From: an uncultured Thermoproteaceae archaeon
GTDB taxonomy: Archaea > Thermoproteota > Thermoprotei > Thermoproteales > Thermocladiaceae
Direction of reading: 5' to 3'
NCBI GenBank assembly: GCA_964575955.1
Contig: CAZNTG010000006.1
Coordinates: forward strand, 128,001-192,000
Length of the DNA stretch: 64,000 bases
The translations under genes and the position numbers were made by a program. Under the pieces are notes generated by a model. It worked only from the letters and a program-made list of their open reading frames with translations. It did not search any database and was not told the DNA's origin. Shown here piece after piece: positions 62,535 through 64,000 of the stretch. Every line of letters begins with the position of its first letter. Position 1 is the stretch's first letter.

Positions 62535-62562
62535 TCTTTTGAGTGGGACCCTACTCAAAAGA
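62535..62562. other. Inverted repeat/hairpin
   Basis: TCTTTTGAGT-GGGACCCT-ACTCAAAAGA. Confidence 0.6.
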
Positions 62563-62931
62563 CTTAAAAACCATGAACAATATGAGGATTATTGTTTATT
62601 TTTGTTCTGTTGTGATTCTTATTGTGATCTTAGTGGGACTATGTTCAGCGAATGGCAAATAATAAAAGCTTGTAGCAATATGTGTTACGGCTATGACAGG
62701 ATATGAGACTGTATATCATGATAGTCACTTCTATATAAATATATAGAGCAGAAGTGGATATCCCCAACTAGAAAAATTGTCGTTCAGGGATATACGAATG
62801 CAGACTGGCATGAAACGTTAATCATTGGTCTAGAAAAAGGCGCTATCGGAAGACATATAACATTCCATCATCCAAAGAAGAATCAACCCAAGCACATATT
62901 CTTCAATCCTCCATAATAGGGTTCCTCATAT

Positions 62932-63198
62932 CTATTCCATGGGTATGTACAGTAGTAACTCTTGGAGCTTTGTTGTGGCTTCTTGTAGGAGTGTTGCTTC
63001 TTTTTCACATTCGTTTGTTCTAGCTACCTGGTGTGTTACATGTTCAGGAGCTCTCATAAAAAGTTCTAGTAATAACTTTAGCTGGAAGAGTGAACTAGCG
63101 CTGATTAATCTAGTAGCTTTCGTTACCGTAAGCTCAGTAAGATTAAGCAATCTTTCACAGAGCTCTTTCTCTAAGCATCCTGCTTTATCATTACACAA
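62932..63198 (-). CDS. Hypothetical protein
   Basis: Helical ORF co-oriented with 63276-63587. Confidence 0.4.
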   Translation of the reverse strand: MCNDKAGCLEKELCERLLNLTELTVTKATRLISASSLFQLKLLLELFMRAPEHVTHQVARTNECEKEATLLQEATTKLQELLLYIPME

Positions 63199-63275
63199 AA
63201 ATCTTATTAGTTCATAAACTTCGAGGAGTGTATTTTAACTACTGTTTTGAAGTTTATCATTTTGCTATTTCTAGA

Positions 63276-63587
63276 CTAGCTCGTGCTTTCTCCGTACTTT
63301 TCTAGAATCTCTATGGCTTTCCTAAGTAGCTGAAGTATTCTATCGTCAGATATTACTGAGGCAAATCCCATAACTTTAACAGTTATTGGTCCTGGTCCTT
63401 TAGCAATAGCCGCTGCCACTGCTGGATAACCTGTTAGTGTAGAGCTTAAACTAACACGATCTATAAGTTGAGACAAAAGATCTCTGATAGTTCTAAGTAC
63501 TTCCTCAGAGACTTTTCCACTCTCAACTTGTTTCATTTTCTCCTCAAGTTGCTTAATTACTTGAGGACAAGTGTACATTCTAATCAA
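63276..63587 (-). CDS. Hypothetical protein
   Basis: 103-aa ORF with plausible amino-acid composition. Confidence 0.5.
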   Translation of the reverse strand: MIRMYTCPQVIKQLEEKMKQVESGKVSEEVLRTIRDLLSQLIDRVSLSSTLTGYPAVAAAIAKGPGPITVKVMGFASVISDDRILQLLRKAIEILEKYGESTS

Positions 63588-64000
63588 GTACCACTTTTTC
63601 TCCTTTACAAACGTTGCGGTTTAGTAGTCTGACATACTTGTTGATTATAACAGGCGCAGCTGGTGCAAAAAGACCGAATGAGATAATGGTCAGAAAGATT
63701 GCAGTACCAACACCTTCCCAATAGGACTTTACTATTCCTAGTTTCTCAAGTTTCTCGAGAACTTTCTTGTGCTTCGCAGAAACAGCTAGACTCTCCCAAG
63801 GTAAGTATCCATCTCTACAAAGCTTATCTAGTATCTCAGCTACATCTTTGCTTCTTCCTCATTACGGCTCCTCGAGACAACGTGTATTACTTCAGTTACC
63901 TCTACCATGGTCACTAATACCCATGTACTTTATCAGGAGTACGTGATAACCTTCATCGTCACACCAGGTAGCTTCTATGGAACACATTATTAGAAGTGAT

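Noticed and set aside
870-63917. Many antisense or overlapping ORFs in the track (e.g. 11758-12246, 21639-22109, 26758-27321, 56155-56394, 58929-59375)
   Set aside because: Shadow frames of well-supported genes with no recognisable motifs

Overview
AT-rich archaeal chromosomal window, most consistent with a hyperthermophilic Thermoproteota (crenarchaeal) lineage. Evidence: archaeal AlaRS, AspRS, RFC small subunit, P1/L12 stalk protein, TmcA, tRNA-splicing endonuclease subunit, CCA-encoding GC-rich tRNAs and many compact C/D-box guide RNAs. 1-12.3 kb is a surface-glycan locus (two DegT aminotransferases, Gmd, glycosyltransferases, PAPS-reductase-like and AlkP-like genes, NTase-kinase fusion) with identical DNA tracts shared between paralogues. 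12.3-54.4 kb is mostly housekeeping: tRNA modification (TmcA, TtuA/NcsA, QueC/D/E, and a RaSEA-like radical SAM fused to an ArcS-like domain between two divergent, near-identical tRNA-Gly genes), amino-acid and cofactor enzymes, an ABC exporter, three methanofuran-biosynthesis genes and seven C/D-box sRNAs. 54.4-64 kb is a gene-poor accessory region with several frameshifted genes, a glycine-zipper/membrane-protein pair and a roadblock-V4R pair. Its most notable element is a DUF3800-like (RNase H-fold) gene followed by two GC-rich tandem hairpins that covary with each other, the best candidate here for an undescribed protein-ncRNA system. All calls come from motif recognition and manual reading; no searches were run.
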